DNA of 64,000 nt from Candidatus Entotheonellaceae bacterium (lineage in GTDB: Bacteria; Tectomicrobia; Entotheonellia; Entotheonellales; Entotheonellaceae), in NCBI GenBank assembly GCA_965238075.1, contig OZ250173.1, forward strand, positions 864,001 through 928,000, written 5' to 3'. Numbering within the stretch: the first letter of the stretch is position 1; each line of letters begins with the position of its first letter. The notes under the pieces were generated by a model. It was not told where the DNA came from and ran no database searches. It worked only from the letters and a program-made list of their open reading frames with translations. Below are positions 18,880 through 28,093 of the stretch, one piece after another. The position numbers and the translations under genes were made by a program.

Positions 18880-19268
18880 AGGCAGAAAGTAGAAGGAAAA
18901 AGGATGAAGTCGTGGATCTTCGGACTCGGACGAAGGAGTTTGCGCTGCGGATCATTCGCCTCTACTCAGGTCTTCCCAAGCGGACCGAGGCTCAAGTAAT
19001 AGGCAGGCAAATTATTCGTTCCGGAACGTCTGTAGGGGCAAATTACCGGGAGGCATATCGCGCGCGGAGCAAAGCGGAGTTCATCGCAAAGGCTGGCGAT
19101 TGTTTGAAGGAGATTGAAGAAACTGGTTATTGGCTTGAACTGCTTGTCGACTCAGGAATCGTTTCGGAGGATCGACTTGAAAGCCTGAGAAATGAATGCG
19201 GTGAATTGACCGCGATATTCGTCACTTCAATTCGGAATGCGAAGAGCAACAATGAACGTGGTGCATGA
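18876..19268 (+). CDS. Four-helix-bundle protein (23S rRNA IVP / TIGR02436-like)
   Basis: DLRTRTKEFALRII..QIIRSGTSVGANYREA..SKAEFIAK..EETGYWLELL; ATGA overlap with hsdR. Confidence 0.9.
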   Translation: MKAESRRKKDEVVDLRTRTKEFALRIIRLYSGLPKRTEAQVIGRQIIRSGTSVGANYREAYRARSKAEFIAKAGDCLKEIEETGYWLELLVDSGIVSEDRLESLRNECGELTAIFVTSIRNAKSNNERGA

Positions 19269-20769
19269 AGCGATACCAATCAGAGAAGCACTCGCCCCGA
19301 GAAATGAGAAAGTCGCGCCTGCCGACTATCCTGAGTTGCCTTATATTGGCCTTGACGACATTGAAGCTCATGCCATGCGTTTGCTCGGTTCAAAACCCGC
19401 TGCAAGCATGAAAAGTTCTGCCAAACGTTTCTATCCTGGTGATGTACTTTACTCACGGCTTCGCCCATATCTGAACAAAGTCTGGCCGTCGGACCGCAAC
19501 GGCATTTGCTCATCCGAGTTCATCGTGATGCCCGGCAATCATCTCGTGGATCCCCGCTTTCTCGCACTCAGGCTTAACGCGATGGATTTCGTTTCATTCG
19601 CAAACAGCTTGAATGCGGGCGACAGACCCCGCGTTGATTTTGACCAGATTTCTACCTTCTGCCTTCCTCCTTTTTCCTTAGTTCGCCAACGCCGAATCGT
19701 CGCCAAGGTCGAGGAACTATTTTCCGAACTGGACAAGGGCGTCGAGAACCTGAAGACGGCGCGGGCGAAACTCAATGTCTACCGCCAAGCCGTGCTCAAG
19801 CACGCCTTCGAAGGCAAACTCACGGCGCAGTGGCGCGAAGAGAACAAAGACAAGCTTGCGAAATCCGAGCAATTGCTCGCCCGCATCAAGCAGGAGCGGG
19901 AGGCACGCTACGAGCAGCAACTTCAGGAGTGGAAGGCCGCCGTCAAGAAATGGGAGGAAAGCGGTTGTCTTAAGACGAAACCTTCGAGCCCTCGTCCCCC
20001 TTCATTTCCAGAGCCGTTTACTGACATTGAGCTAATGGCTTTACCAGAGATTTCCTGCCCCTGGCTCTGGGTCAAAGTCGGTGAACTTTTCTCCGTTTAC
20101 GTCGGAGCTACTCCCAGCAGAAAGCAACGGAGTTATTGGAATGGAGCGATCAATTGGATAACCAGTGGCGAAGTCCGCTTTGCGCCGATAAACAAGACGA
20201 ACGAGACGATCACTCCCGAAGGTTTGGCAAGTACTTCTGCGGAGGTCCATCCAATTGGCACTGTGATGCTGGCAATGATTGGGGAGGGGAAGACCAGAGG
20301 CCAGGCAGCAGTAACACACGTCGAGGCGTGCCACAATCAGAACACGGCTGCAATTCGGGTAAGTGAATCGGAGATCTCGCCGGAATACGTCTATTACTAT
20401 CTGCTCTATCGATATGAAGACAACCGACGGGTAGGGTCTGGCAACAACCAAAAGGCTCTTAACAAGGAACGGGTGTCGAACTTACCTATCCCTCTGCCGT
20501 CTCTTGCTGAGCAAGCTGTCATTGTACAAGAACTGAACAAGCTACTTTCGGTCATCGAACAATTGGACGGGGAAATTGGCAGGCAGCTTACGAGTGCGAA
20601 CGCTCTCTGGCAATCCATCCTGAAGAAAGCCTTTACCGGCCAACTCGTCCCGCAGCACCCGCATGACGAGCCTGCATCCATCCTGCTCGAGCGAATCAAA
20701 ACCGCAAAAGCTGCGTGGTCTCAAAACAACACGCGGGCAAAACGCAGTCGCACGGCGGCAACAACATGA
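19252..20769 (+). CDS. hsdS: Type I restriction-modification specificity subunit
   Basis: GDVLYSRLRPYLNK (TRD1), QRRIVAKVEELFSELD..RQAVLKHAFEGKL, PLPSLAEQ..QSILKKAFTGQLVPQ..EPASILLERI. Confidence 0.93.
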   Translation: MNVVHEAIPIREALAPRNEKVAPADYPELPYIGLDDIEAHAMRLLGSKPAASMKSSAKRFYPGDVLYSRLRPYLNKVWPSDRNGICSSEFIVMPGNHLVDPRFLALRLNAMDFVSFANSLNAGDRPRVDFDQISTFCLPPFSLVRQRRIVAKVEELFSELDKGVENLKTARAKLNVYRQAVLKHAFEGKLTAQWREENKDKLAKSEQLLARIKQEREARYEQQLQEWKAAVKKWEESGCLKTKPSSPRPPSFPEPFTDIELMALPEISCPWLWVKVGELFSVYVGATPSRKQRSYWNGAINWITSGEVRFAPINKTNETITPEGLASTSAEVHPIGTVMLAMIGEGKTRGQAAVTHVEACHNQNTAAIRVSESEISPEYVYYYLLYRYEDNRRVGSGNNQKALNKERVSNLPIPLPSLAEQAVIVQELNKLLSVIEQLDGEIGRQLTSANALWQSILKKAFTGQLVPQHPHDEPASILLERIKTAKAAWSQNNTRAKRSRTAATT

Positions 20770-22340
20770 CCGGCAAACTTCCCATCAACATCAACCACCT
20801 GCTTCGCCAGCGCGCCATTGAAGGCGAGCGCATCGAGTACAAGGCGGGTTGGAATCCGCAGCGCGTGCTGCACACCATCTGCGCCTTCGCCAACGACTTC
20901 CACAATCTCGGCGGTGGCTACATCGTGTTGGGGGTCGAGGAGCGCGACGGTCTACCAGTGCTGCCGCCTAAGGGCATTCCTCCAGATTCCATCGATGCGA
21001 TCCAGAAGGAACTGCTGAATCTAGGCAATTCGGCCATACAGCCCTATTACCACCCGCTTACGGGGACCTACGCAATTGACGGCCGGACCCTACTCGTGCT
21101 CTGGGTACCCGGCGGCGAAACCCGTCCTTACAAAGCCAAAGTAAATCTCACCAAGGGGCGCCCGGAGTGGGCATACTTCGTTCGCAAACACACAAGCACG
21201 GTCCGTGCGAGAGGCCGCGATGAACGCGAGTTGCTCAGCCTGGCGGCCACCGTGCCCTTTGATGACAGGTATCGCCAGACGGCTTCGCTTGATGACCTTT
21301 CGCATCGGCTTATCCAGGAATTTCTGCGCGACATCGGCAGCGACCTCGCCTCTGAGGCGGTCGGTCTCTCGATTGAGAGCCTGGGTCAACGCATGAACAT
21401 CGTCGGCGGTCCTCCCGAAGCGATGTTCCCCAAGAACGTCGGCTTGCTGTTTTTCAACGACCGCCCGCACGACTTCTTTCCGGCAACCCAGATTGATGTT
21501 GTCTGGTTCCCGGATGGCCCTGGCGGAGACCATTTCGAGGAGAAGGAGTTTCGCGGCCCGCTGTCGATCATCCTCAGCGAGGCGATCAGCTACATCGGAC
21601 GGAACTACCTGAAGGAAACGGTCGTCAAGCATCCACACAAGCCCGAAGCAGAGCGATTCTGGAACTTTCCCATTGGGGCCATCGAAGAGGCACTGGTGAA
21701 TGCGATCTACCACCGCTCGTACGAGGAACGGGAGCCGGTCGAGGTCCGCATTACCCCGGAAGAGTTGGTGGTCTTGAGCTTTCCCGGCGCCGACCGATCC
21801 ATCCGCATGGAAGATTTCAAGAACGGGCAAGCCGTCAGCCGCCGCTACCGCAATCGTCGAATTGGCGAGTTTCTCAAGGAACTCGAGTTGGCCGAGGGCA
21901 GGTCAACCGGAGTCCCCAAGATTCTGCGAGCCATGCGGCAGAACGGCTCCCCGGAACCGGTCTTCGAGAGCGACGAGGACCGAACCTGGTTTCTGGTTCG
22001 GCTGCCGGTGCACGAGCGGGCGGCTAACGTGGCATCCGGGCAAGATACCCTACAAGATACCCCGCAAGATACCCCGCAAGATACCGGACAGGTCACCGAT
22101 CACGTCGAGCAACTCGTGGCTGTCCTCACCGTAAAGATGAGCCGCGCCCAAATCCAGGCAGCATTGCAACTCAAAGACCGGAACCACTTCACCACTGTCT
22201 ATCTGAAGCCCGCCCTCGAAGCCGGCCTAATTGAAATGACGCTCCCCGGCAAGCCGACCAGCCGGAACCAGCGTTATTGGCGAACCGCGGCCGGTGATGC
22301 CTTGACTCGACAAACCATGGGGAAGGATTCGACTGCATGA
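20766..22340 (+). CDS. AlbA_2(Schlafen)-HATPase-wHTH protein embedded in the R-M operon
   Basis: EGERIEYK..TICAFAN..GGYIVLGV (AlbA_2), EALVNAIYHRSY, RYRNRRIGEFLKEL..EGRSTG (HATPase_c-like), YLKPALEAGLIEMT.P.KPTSRNQRY C-terminus; ATGA overlaps at both ends. Confidence 0.85.
   Translation: MTGKLPININHLLRQRAIEGERIEYKAGWNPQRVLHTICAFANDFHNLGGGYIVLGVEERDGLPVLPPKGIPPDSIDAIQKELLNLGNSAIQPYYHPLTGTYAIDGRTLLVLWVPGGETRPYKAKVNLTKGRPEWAYFVRKHTSTVRARGRDERELLSLAATVPFDDRYRQTASLDDLSHRLIQEFLRDIGSDLASEAVGLSIESLGQRMNIVGGPPEAMFPKNVGLLFFNDRPHDFFPATQIDVVWFPDGPGGDHFEEKEFRGPLSIILSEAISYIGRNYLKETVVKHPHKPEAERFWNFPIGAIEEALVNAIYHRSYEEREPVEVRITPEELVVLSFPGADRSIRMEDFKNGQAVSRRYRNRRIGEFLKELELAEGRSTGVPKILRAMRQNGSPEPVFESDEDRTWFLVRLPVHERAANVASGQDTLQDTPQDTPQDTGQVTDHVEQLVAVLTVKMSRAQIQAALQLKDRNHFTTVYLKPALEAGLIEMTLPGKPTSRNQRYWRTAAGDALTRQTMGKDSTA
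22041..22100 (+). repeat. 12-bp coding tandem repeat (CAAGATACCCCG-like x4 plus one degenerate copy)
   Basis: Encodes the QDTL-QDTP-QDTP-QDTG-QVTD linker. Confidence 0.85.
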
Positions 22341-23829
22341 ACACCGCTCCCATCGTCTCCAAAGTCTGGAGCTTCTGCACCACCCTGCGCGATGACGGGG
22401 TGAGCTACGGCGACTACCTGGAGCAACTCACTTATCTGATCTTCCTCAAGATGGCCGACGCGAGTATGCCAAACCGCCGTACAACCGCGACGTCGGCATC
22501 CCGGCCATATACAACTGGCAAAGCCTGAAGTCGAAAAAAGGCGCGGAACTCGAAGACCACTACGTCGCCCTGCTGCGTGAGCTTGGCACCCGAGCGGGCA
22601 TGCTGGGCCAGATCTTTACCAAGGCGCAGAACAAGATCCAGGACCCGGCGAAGCTGTTCCGCCTCATCGACATGGTGGACGACACCGAATGGGTGACCAT
22701 GGGCGCCGACGTAAAGGGGGACATCTACGAAGGACTTCTGGAAAAGAACGCCGAGGACACCAAATCAGGCGCCGGCCAGTATTTCACGCCGCGCGCCCTT
22801 ATCCGCGCCATGGTGGAATGCGTGCGGCCCGAACCGGGCACGCGCATCGCCGACCCGGCCTGCGGCACCGGCGGCTTCTTTCTGGCCGCTTACGACTTCA
22901 TCACCAACCCGGACAACTTCAGCCTCGACCGGGAGCAGAAAGCCTTCCTGAAGCACAAGGCGTTTCATGGCAACGAGATCGTCGCCAACACGCGGCGGCT
23001 GTGCCTGATGAACATGTTCCTGCACAACATCGGCGAGATCGACGGCGGCGCGCCCATTTCGCCGAACGATTCGCTGGTGGCCGATGCCGGCCAGCGCTTT
23101 GACTACGTGCTGGCGAACCCGCCGTTCGGCAAGAAAAGCTCCATGAGCTTCACGAACGAGGAGGGCGAACAGGAAAGGGACGACCTGACCTACAACCGGC
23201 AGGACTTCTGGGCGACCACCGCGAACAAACAGCTCAATTTCGCGCAGCACATTCGCACCATGCTCAAGACCACCGGCCGGGCTGCCGTCGTCGTGCCGGA
23301 CAACGTGCTGTTCGAGGGCGGGGCCGGCGAGACGATCCGCAAGAAGCTGCTGGACACCACGGACCTGCACACCATCCTGCGCCTGCCGACCGGCGTGTTC
23401 TACGCGCAAGGGGTCAAGGCCAACGTGATCTTCTTCGACAACCGCGAAGCCAGCCCGCACCCCTGGACCAAGCGGGTCTGGTACTACGACTACCGCACCA
23501 ACATCCACCATACGCTGAAGAAGAAGCCGCTGCGTTATGAGGATCTGTCGGACTTCGTCACCTGCTACAACCCGCAGAACCGGCACCAGCGCAAGGCGAC
23601 CTGGGACGAACATGACGCGCCGGACGGCCGCTGGCGCAGCTACAGCTACGAGGAACTGGCGGCCCGCGACAAGACCAGCCTCGACATCTTCTGGCTCAAG
23701 GACAAGAGCCTGACCGACCTGGACAATCTGCCCGAGCCCGACGATCTCGCCGAGGAAATCATCGAGAACCTGGAAGCCGGCCTTAACAGCTTCCGCGCAG
23801 TGCTCGCCGGCTTGCAGCAGACAGGGTAA
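22337..23829 (+). pseudogene. hsdM: Type I R-M methyltransferase with a +2 frameshift at ~22460
   Basis: MNTAPIVSKVWSFCTTLRDDGVSYGDYLEQLTYLIFLKMAD joins EYAKPPYNRDVGIP.. if 2 nt (GACGCGAG to GACGAG) are removed; downstream GQYFTPR, DPACGTGGF, NPPF. Confidence 0.9.
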
Positions 23830-23868
23830 AGGAACCAAATGAGGGAGGCGGTCAAGCAAATGATCCCG

Positions 23869-24006
23869 CTACGCTTGTTGCTGTGCTTCCTTGCGCTGCA
23901 AGAAGTGGAAAACGAAGCGGCAGCGATGATCGAGGATTCGGTTGGTGGGCTGGCCGCTGTCGTCGAGTTCCCGGTGGCGCGACGGATACTCGTAGGGCGA
24001 ATTGAG
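23869..24006 (-). pseudogene. Probable N-terminal relic of a type III-like restriction endonuclease
   Basis: LNSPYEYPSRHRELDDSGQPTNRILDHR.. resembles, from recall, the ILNSPYxxPxRHWELDxxGQPT N-terminus of type III Res-like helicase-nucleases. Confidence 0.55.
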
Positions 24007-24038
24007 GTCTCGATCCGCCGCCGGACATCAGGCGCGGA

Positions 24039-25166
24039 TCACGGATCCTGGTTGTAAACGGTGAGGGACCGCTGCCGGTCCTGGTGTCGTTCGATGGCGA
24101 GGCTCACGAGGTTGTCGATCAGTTGCGTGTAGGACATTCCCCCCGCTTCCCACAGCTTCGGATACATACTGATCGTGGTAAAGCCCGGCAGGGTGTTGAT
24201 TTCGTTCACGTAGGGCTTGCCGGTGCGGGTTTCGAGGAAGAAATCCACCCGTGCCAGCCCGGCGGCGTCGACCGCTTGGAAGGCGGTCACCGCCATGGCG
24301 CGCAGGTTCTCGGCGAGGCCGGCATCGATCTCCGCAGGGATGCGTAGCTCACTCGATTCGTCGTCGCTGTATTTCGCCTGATAGTCGTAAAACTCACGCG
24401 ACGGAATAATCTCGCCGATGACCGAGGCATTCGGTTCATCATTCCCCAATACGCTGCACTCAAACTCACGGCAGTCCAGACCCCGCTCGACCAGCACGCG
24501 ACGGTCGTACCGGCAAGCCAAATCCACAGCGTCCGATAGGCCAGTCGCGTCACCCACCTTGGAAATTCCCACACTCGATCCGAGATTCGCCGGCTTGACG
24601 AACACCGGCAGCCGCAGCGTTTGCAGAATGCGCTCGCGGACAACCGCCGGACGCTGCTCCCACTCGTAGCGCCGGACCAGCTGGTGCGGCACCACGGGCA
24701 GACCGGCGGCGGCGAAAAGCGTCTTCATGACGTCCTTGTCCATGCCTGCAGCTGATCCCAGCACCCCCGATCCGACGTAGGGCACGTTGGCGAGTTCCAG
24801 CAGCCCTTGCACGGTGCCGTCCTCGCCATAGGTGCCGTGCAGCAGCGGAAACACGACGTCCACCGCCTGCGCCTGCTCCGGCTGTACCTCAGCTTTGGAC
24901 AACGGCAACAAGCCGGGCTGTTGGGGATCGCTGGAAAACAAGGCTACCGAAGTAGTGGCAGGACGAGCACCGGCAGTCAGCCGGGCGGGTTCGACTCCTG
25001 GCAGCCAACGTCCCTCGGGCGTCAGGTAGACGGGCAGAACGTCGTACTTATCCCTGTCGATGGCCTGCATCACCGGCGTGGCCGAGGCGATGGACACGTC
25101 GTGCTCACCCGAACGACCGCCGTAGAGGATGGCGAGACGAAGTTTAGGCGAGGCGTTCTTTGGCAT
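24039..25166 (-). CDS. ddl: D-alanine--D-alanine ligase
   Basis: YGGRSGEHDVS, FPLLHGTYGEDG, FVKPANLGSSVG, FYDYQAKY, NEINTLPGFT..SMYP. Confidence 0.97.
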   Translation of the reverse strand: MPKNASPKLRLAILYGGRSGEHDVSIASATPVMQAIDRDKYDVLPVYLTPEGRWLPGVEPARLTAGARPATTSVALFSSDPQQPGLLPLSKAEVQPEQAQAVDVVFPLLHGTYGEDGTVQGLLELANVPYVGSGVLGSAAGMDKDVMKTLFAAAGLPVVPHQLVRRYEWEQRPAVVRERILQTLRLPVFVKPANLGSSVGISKVGDATGLSDAVDLACRYDRRVLVERGLDCREFECSVLGNDEPNASVIGEIIPSREFYDYQAKYSDDESSELRIPAEIDAGLAENLRAMAVTAFQAVDAAGLARVDFFLETRTGKPYVNEINTLPGFTTISMYPKLWEAGGMSYTQLIDNLVSLAIERHQDRQRSLTVYNQDP

Positions 25167-25188
25167 GCGCGAACCCCGGGACGACCCT

Positions 25189-26583
25189 TTACAGCAGATA
25201 ACCGTACTTGAAGTTCGATCGTTCGATGCGGCGTTTGAGCTGCGTCACCTTCTCGTTCTCTTCCTGGAACGGGTCGTTGCACTTCACCCACAGATTCAGC
25301 AGGTAGCCGATACGGATATAGTTCCAATCCAGGTCATACGGAATGCGCTTCTTTTTCGCCAGCTTGATCAGTTCGCCACGCATCTTAGCCCGCGTGTTCT
25401 GCGGCGGGTCCACCATGGCTTTTTCGATGTCAGCATCGGAAACGATGCGCTCGACCTGCCCCCGGCGCTCCAGCAGGTAATACAGGCCCTTTTCGCGGCG
25501 AATGTCGTGGTACTGCAGGTCGAGCATCAGCAGCCGGTCGCCCCGCCCTTCGGCGGCCATACGAGAACGCTCGCCGTAGGTCTTGAGCAGGTGCATCTTG
25601 ATCACCCAGTCGATCTCGCGGTGCAGTTGCAGGGGCTCTTCGGCGAGCTTGGTGAGCACGTACTCCCACTTCTGCAGGATGTCGGCGGCCAGTGCGCCCA
25701 TCTTGCGGGTGCTGTAATAAGTGTGGGCCAGTTCGAGATACTGCTTCTGCAACTCCAGGGGCGAATAGCGCTTGCCGTTGTTCAGCGGCACCGACTCGCG
25801 GCAAGTCAGATCGCGCGAGATGTCCTTAATGGCCCGCACCGGGTTGCGCAGGGCAAACCGCGGGGTGATGAAATCGTCTTCGATCATCTGCAGCACGATG
25901 GCGGTGGTACCGACCTTCAGATAGGTGGTGAACTCCGACATGTTGGAATCCCCCACGATGATGTGCAGGCGGCGGTACTTTTCCTTCATGGCGTGCGGTT
26001 CATCGCGGGTATTGATGATGCTGCGCTCGTTGGTCGTGGTGCCGGAAATCTTCTGCCGGATGTGCTGGGCGCGCTGCGAGATGTGAAAGACCGTGCCGCG
26101 GCGGGTGCGGAAGACCTTGCCGGAGCCCGTGAAGATCTGACGGGTGACCAGGAACGGGATGAGCTGCTCGGCCATGTAGTAGAAGTCCGAGGTCCGCTCG
26201 GCGAGGTAATTCTCGTGGCAGCCGTAGGAGTTGCCGACAAAATCGGTGTTGTTCTTGAAAATCGCCAGCTCGCCGGGAAAGCCCTCCTCACGCACCTTGT
26301 TCTGGGCGTGCTGGAGCAGGTTTTCGAGAATGCGGTCGCCGGCCTTGTCGTAGACGACCACGTCCTGCGGGCTGGCGCACTCGGGCGTGGCGTACTCGGG
26401 ATGGCAGCCGGTATCGAGGTAAAAACGGGCACCGTTTTCCAGGAAAACGTTGAGGAAGCCCTCAGTCGTGATCAACTTTTCAAACAGGTAACGAACGACT
26501 TTTTCGGAGGGAAGGGAGCGGCGGCCGTTCGCCGTGAAGGAAATGCCGAATTCATTTTCAAGGCCGTAAATGCGTTTTTTCAT
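25189..26583 (-). CDS. pafA: Pup--protein ligase
   Basis: RIYGLENEFG, NVFLENGARFYLDTGCHPEYATPEC, KNNTD..GNSYGCHENY, IINTRDEPHA, YRRLHIIVGDSNMSE, PPQNTRA. Confidence 0.95.
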   Translation of the reverse strand: MKKRIYGLENEFGISFTANGRRSLPSEKVVRYLFEKLITTEGFLNVFLENGARFYLDTGCHPEYATPECASPQDVVVYDKAGDRILENLLQHAQNKVREEGFPGELAIFKNNTDFVGNSYGCHENYLAERTSDFYYMAEQLIPFLVTRQIFTGSGKVFRTRRGTVFHISQRAQHIRQKISGTTTNERSIINTRDEPHAMKEKYRRLHIIVGDSNMSEFTTYLKVGTTAIVLQMIEDDFITPRFALRNPVRAIKDISRDLTCRESVPLNNGKRYSPLELQKQYLELAHTYYSTRKMGALAADILQKWEYVLTKLAEEPLQLHREIDWVIKMHLLKTYGERSRMAAEGRGDRLLMLDLQYHDIRREKGLYYLLERRGQVERIVSDADIEKAMVDPPQNTRAKMRGELIKLAKKKRIPYDLDWNYIRIGYLLNLWVKCNDPFQEENEKVTQLKRRIERSNFKYGYLL

Positions 26584-27290
26584 AGCGCTTCAACTTCATC
26601 GCCAGCAACGGCCATGGCCTCGGCAACGTCGGTTGGCGGCATCCGATAAAACTTGCGGCCGACGCGCTCGCGGTCGAGGATACCGACTTCCAGGACACTG
26701 GCCTCCTCCAGCGGCCGCTCGTAGCCGGCCACGACGCCGCGATGGCTGAGCCGCAGGGCCTCGGGCAGGCTCAGGTTGGCGGCGTAGTGATCCTGCAAAT
26801 AGGCCACGATGCGATCCGAATGGCCACCGATGACCGCAAACTGTTGCCGGTCGCTGATGGAGCCGTCGAACGACACGTGGTACATCTGATTGGTAGCCGG
26901 CGCCTCACCAACCTCCACCACCAGAATCTCTACCTCCAACGGCTTCGGATCGCGCGTAAAGACCGTGCCGATGAGATCGGAGTATCCCTTGGCCAGCGAT
27001 TTGGTGGTCACGTCACGGCGGCTGGAGGCATAGCCGGTAATATCGGCGTAGCGGATGCCGATTTTACGCAAGTTCTCGAATTCGCTGTATTTACCTGCGC
27101 CGGCGAAGGCAATGCGGTCGTAAATTTCGGAAATCTTGTTCAGGGACACACTCGGATTTTCGGCCATCAGCAGCAAGCCGCCGGCGTACTCCATGGCCAC
27201 GATCGACTTGCCCTTGGCGATGCCTTTGCGGGCATACTCGGCCTTGTCCTGCATGACCTGGTCAGGCGAGACGTAGAAGGGAACGGCCAT
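26580..27290 (-). CDS. prcA: 20S proteasome alpha subunit
   Basis: MAVPFYVSPDQVMQDKAEYARKGIAKGKS, KISEIYDRIAFAGAGKYSEFE, KPLEVE. Confidence 0.96.
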   Translation of the reverse strand: MAVPFYVSPDQVMQDKAEYARKGIAKGKSIVAMEYAGGLLLMAENPSVSLNKISEIYDRIAFAGAGKYSEFENLRKIGIRYADITGYASSRRDVTTKSLAKGYSDLIGTVFTRDPKPLEVEILVVEVGEAPATNQMYHVSFDGSISDRQQFAVIGGHSDRIVAYLQDHYAANLSLPEALRLSHRGVVAGYERPLEEASVLEVGILDRERVGRKFYRMPPTDVAEAMAVAGDEVEAL

Positions 27291-27294
27291 GTAC

Positions 27295-28092
27295 TTAGCC
27301 TTTCACGACGCTGAGCAGCCTCTCGCTCACCGCGCACAATTCCTCGTCGTCCACGTCCGCGGTACCGTCAAGGGTGGTGATCTTGACCAACGGATAAATG
27401 CCTCGTGCCAAATCCGGCCCGCTGGTGCCGACGTCTATGTCGGCGGCATCCACCAAGGCTTCGAGTGCCAGGGCAATCGCCTCGGTGCGTGACAGACTAT
27501 CCTTGTACAGCTTGCGCAAGGTGCTGCGGGCCTCTTTTCCCCCGGAGCCGGTGGCGTAGAACTCGCGTTCCTCGTAGCGCCCGCCGGTCACGTCGTACTT
27601 GAAAATGCGGCCCTGCTCGGCGTGGACATCGTAACCGGCGAAAATCGGCACCACGACCAGCCCCTGAAAAGCGGCCGGCAGGTTCTGCTTGACCATCTGT
27701 CCCAGGCGGTTCGCCTTGCCTTCCAAAGTCAGCGGGGCGCCCTCGATCTTCTCGTAGTGCTCCATCTCGATCTGGAACAACTTGGCCATGTCCAAACACG
27801 GCCCGGCGACCCCAGCCATGGCGACGACGGCGTGGCTATCGGCGTTGTAGAGCTTCTCAATGCGCCGCGACGACACCTCGAAGCCCTCGGTGGCCTGCCG
27901 GTCGCCCGCCATCACCACGCCGTCGGCGAAACGCAGCGCCAGGATGGTCGTGGCGAAAGGCAACGTCTCCAGCAGCCGCGACTCGCCAGCGGGTATCTGG
28001 GGCAAATGTTGCAACGGCAGCATGTGCGGAAAATCGTGCCGCAACAGATCGAAGAAACTCGATCCCTTATAGCTGCCTGACCACAACGACAC
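27295..28092 (-). CDS. prcB: 20S proteasome beta subunit (with propeptide)
   Basis: SSFFDLL propeptide, TTILALRFADGVVMAGDRQAT, EHYEKIEG..LEGKANRL, YDVTGGRYEE..GSG. Confidence 0.96.
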   Translation of the reverse strand: MSLWSGSYKGSSFFDLLRHDFPHMLPLQHLPQIPAGESRLLETLPFATTILALRFADGVVMAGDRQATEGFEVSSRRIEKLYNADSHAVVAMAGVAGPCLDMAKLFQIEMEHYEKIEGAPLTLEGKANRLGQMVKQNLPAAFQGLVVVPIFAGYDVHAEQGRIFKYDVTGGRYEEREFYATGSGGKEARSTLRKLYKDSLSRTEAIALALEALVDAADIDVGTSGPDLARGIYPLVKITTLDGTADVDDEELCAVSERLLSVVKG

Positions 28093-28093
28093 C

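Noticed and set aside
18876-19268. Four-helix-bundle gene as the Avd of a diversity-generating retroelement
   Set aside because: No reverse transcriptase or TR/VR repeat pair is visible in the window.
18874-19270. GCATGAAG direct repeat flanking the four-helix gene as a target-site duplication
   Set aside because: Largely explained by Ala-stop/ATGA codon context; precise excision would leave the ATG out of frame with hsdS.
22451-22470. Programmed frameshift or SSR phase variation in hsdM
   Set aside because: There is no slippery heptamer or long repeat tract, only (CG)2.
23839-24057. 72-aa plus-strand ORF after hsdM
   Set aside because: No recognisable features, and the opposite strand better matches a restriction-enzyme relic.
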